From: Archangium sp.
GTDB taxonomy: Bacteria > Myxococcota > Myxococcia > Myxococcales > Myxococcaceae
Reading direction: 5' to 3'
Length of the DNA stretch: 64,000 nt
NCBI GenBank assembly: GCA_031412555.1
Contig: JANODF010000069.1
Coordinates: forward strand, 1,608 to 65,607
Below, in pieces: positions 62,831-64,000 of this stretch (positions within the stretch are counted from its first letter, which is position 1; every line of letters starts with the position of its first letter). The position numbers and the translations under genes were made by a program. The notes beneath the pieces are model-generated. The model was not told the DNA's origin and searched no databases. It worked only from the letters and a program-made list of their open reading frames with translations.

Positions 62831-64000
62831 GTGGAAAAGCTCCAGCTCTTCTTTCAGACCGCTCCCGTCGACCCCACGCAGGCCGGCCACGCGTTGTGGT
62901 TGATCATCGCGCTGCCGTTGCTCGGCGCGTTCATCTGCGGCGTGTTCGGCCGGATCATCGGCCGCGCCAACACCAACCTCGTCGCCATCTCGTCGGTGCT
63001 GGGCAGCTTCCTGCTCTCGCTGCTGGTGTTCTGGACGATCAACGACTTCAAGGCCTCCTCGCCCACGCCGTTCGGTGGCGTGGCCTACGCGGTGGGGGCC
63101 GACTTCGGCACCTGGTTCCACGCGGGCACCTTCCGGGTGAACTTCGGGCTGATGGCCGACCACCTGTCGGGCACCATGCTGCTGGTCATCACGGGCGTGG
63201 GCTTCCTCATCCACGTGTACTCGGCCGAGTACATGAGCCACGACAAGGGCTACTGGCGCTTCTTCGCGTACCTGAACCTGTTCGTCGCCGCGATGCTCAC
63301 ACTGGTGCTGGCCGACTCGTTGCCCCTGCTGTTCGTGGGCTGGGAAGGCGTCGGTCTGTGCAGCTACCTGCTGATCGGCTTCTGGTACGACGACCCGCAG
63401 AAGGCGTTCGCCGGCCGCAAGGCGTTCATCACCAACCGCATCGGTGACTTCGGCTTCCTGCTCGCCAGCTTCCTGCTGGTGGTGATGGTGGAGAGCCTGA
63501 TCGCCCGCCCCGCCAACGCGCCGGGCAGCCACGTCTCGCCGACCTACACCTCGGCGGTGGCCGACAAGGGCCCGCTGGCGTTCTCGGTGCTCGAAGAGAC
63601 CGCGCGCAGCCTGCCCGACCTCATCGACGAGAAGATCCTCACCGGCCCGCTCACCGGCATGAACTACGGCGTGGCGCTGACCATCATCATGCTGCTGTTC
63701 ATGCTCGGCGCTGCCGGCAAGTCGGCGCAGATCCCGCTCTACGTCTGGTTGCCTGACGCCATGGCGGGCCCGACCCCGGTCTCCGCCCTCATCCACGCGG
63801 CGACGATGGTGACCTCCGGCATCTACCTGTTCTGCCGCGTCAGCTACCTGCTGGTGCTCTCGCCCACCGCGATGATCGTGATCGCCCTCATCGGCGCGAG
63901 CACGGCGCTGGTGGCTGCGCTCATCGCCTTCACGCAGAAGGGCATCAAGAAGATCCTCGCTTACTCGACGGTCAGCCAGCTGGGCCTGATGTTCCTGGGC
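62831..64000 (+). CDS. nuoL: NADH-quinone oxidoreductase subunit L (5' part, truncated by window end)
   Basis: Absent from the ORF track because it is open-ended. From GTG 62831 it reads VEKLQLFFQT...WEGVGLCSYLLIGFWY...KSAQIPLYVWLPDAMAGPTPVSALIHAATMVT with no stop to nt 64000. Confidence 0.9.
   Translation, partial: MEKLQLFFQTAPVDPTQAGHALWLIIALPLLGAFICGVFGRIIGRANTNLVAISSVLGSFLLSLLVFWTINDFKASSPTPFGGVAYAVGADFGTWFHAGTFRVNFGLMADHLSGTMLLVITGVGFLIHVYSAEYMSHDKGYWRFFAYLNLFVAAMLTLVLADSLPLLFVGWEGVGLCSYLLIGFWYDDPQKAFAGRKAFITNRIGDFGFLLASFLLVVMVESLIARPANAPGSHVSPTYTSAVADKGPLAFSVLEETARSLPDLIDEKILTGPLTGMNYGVALTIIMLLFMLGAAGKSAQIPLYVWLPDAMAGPTPVSALIHAATMVTSGIYLFCRVSYLLVLSPTAMIVIALIGASTALVAALIAFTQKGIKKILAYSTVSQLGLMFLG

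Overview
This is a very GC-rich bacterial chromosomal segment; G/C dominates third codon positions, and this bias was used to separate real genes from the many long antisense ORFs. I support about 60 protein-coding genes on both strands. I found no rRNA, tRNA, CRISPR array, transposase, integrase or prophage block.

The gene content points to a Myxococcota genome:
- six Hanks-type kinase-like proteins
- a sigma-54 enhancer-binding protein
- a myxobacterial-type PilZ protein and a DUF2378-like protein
- a MYXO-CTERM-like sorting tail
- many Cys-rich secreted lipoproteins, plus Kelch and vWA proteins

Housekeeping anchors are ung, ybaK, truB, an AtoE-type transporter, an M50 protease, and nuoE-nuoF directly followed by nuoJ-nuoK-nuoL (nuoL is cut by the window end).

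Main observations:
1. A tight three-gene operon encodes a zinc-ribbon pseudokinase plus two tandem cytoplasmic vWA paralogues (43902-46737). This is my best candidate for an uncharacterised system.
2. A second kinase-like/vWA pair couples a membrane-anchored truncated pseudokinase to a secreted Cys-rich vWA lipoprotein (22679-24624).
3. A receiver domain is coupled to a kinase whose HRD motif reads HHN (52722-54658).
4. One protein has the signature motifs of the fungal-type heme-thiolate peroxidase family (26692-27507).
5. A sigma-factor-like domain is fused to an orphan CpaB module (14338-16434).
6. An HExxH Cys-repeat lipoprotein is translationally coupled to a small lipoprotein (54767-57906).
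7. An S8-like peptidase gene is split from its lipoprotein signal peptide by a frameshift at a G6 run (2871-4873).
8. Eight copies of a GC-rich palindromic intergenic (REP-like) element occur, mostly between convergent genes.
9. A perfect-consensus sigma-54 promoter candidate lies at 34681-34696.

All functional calls come from motif recognition by eye. No database search was run.
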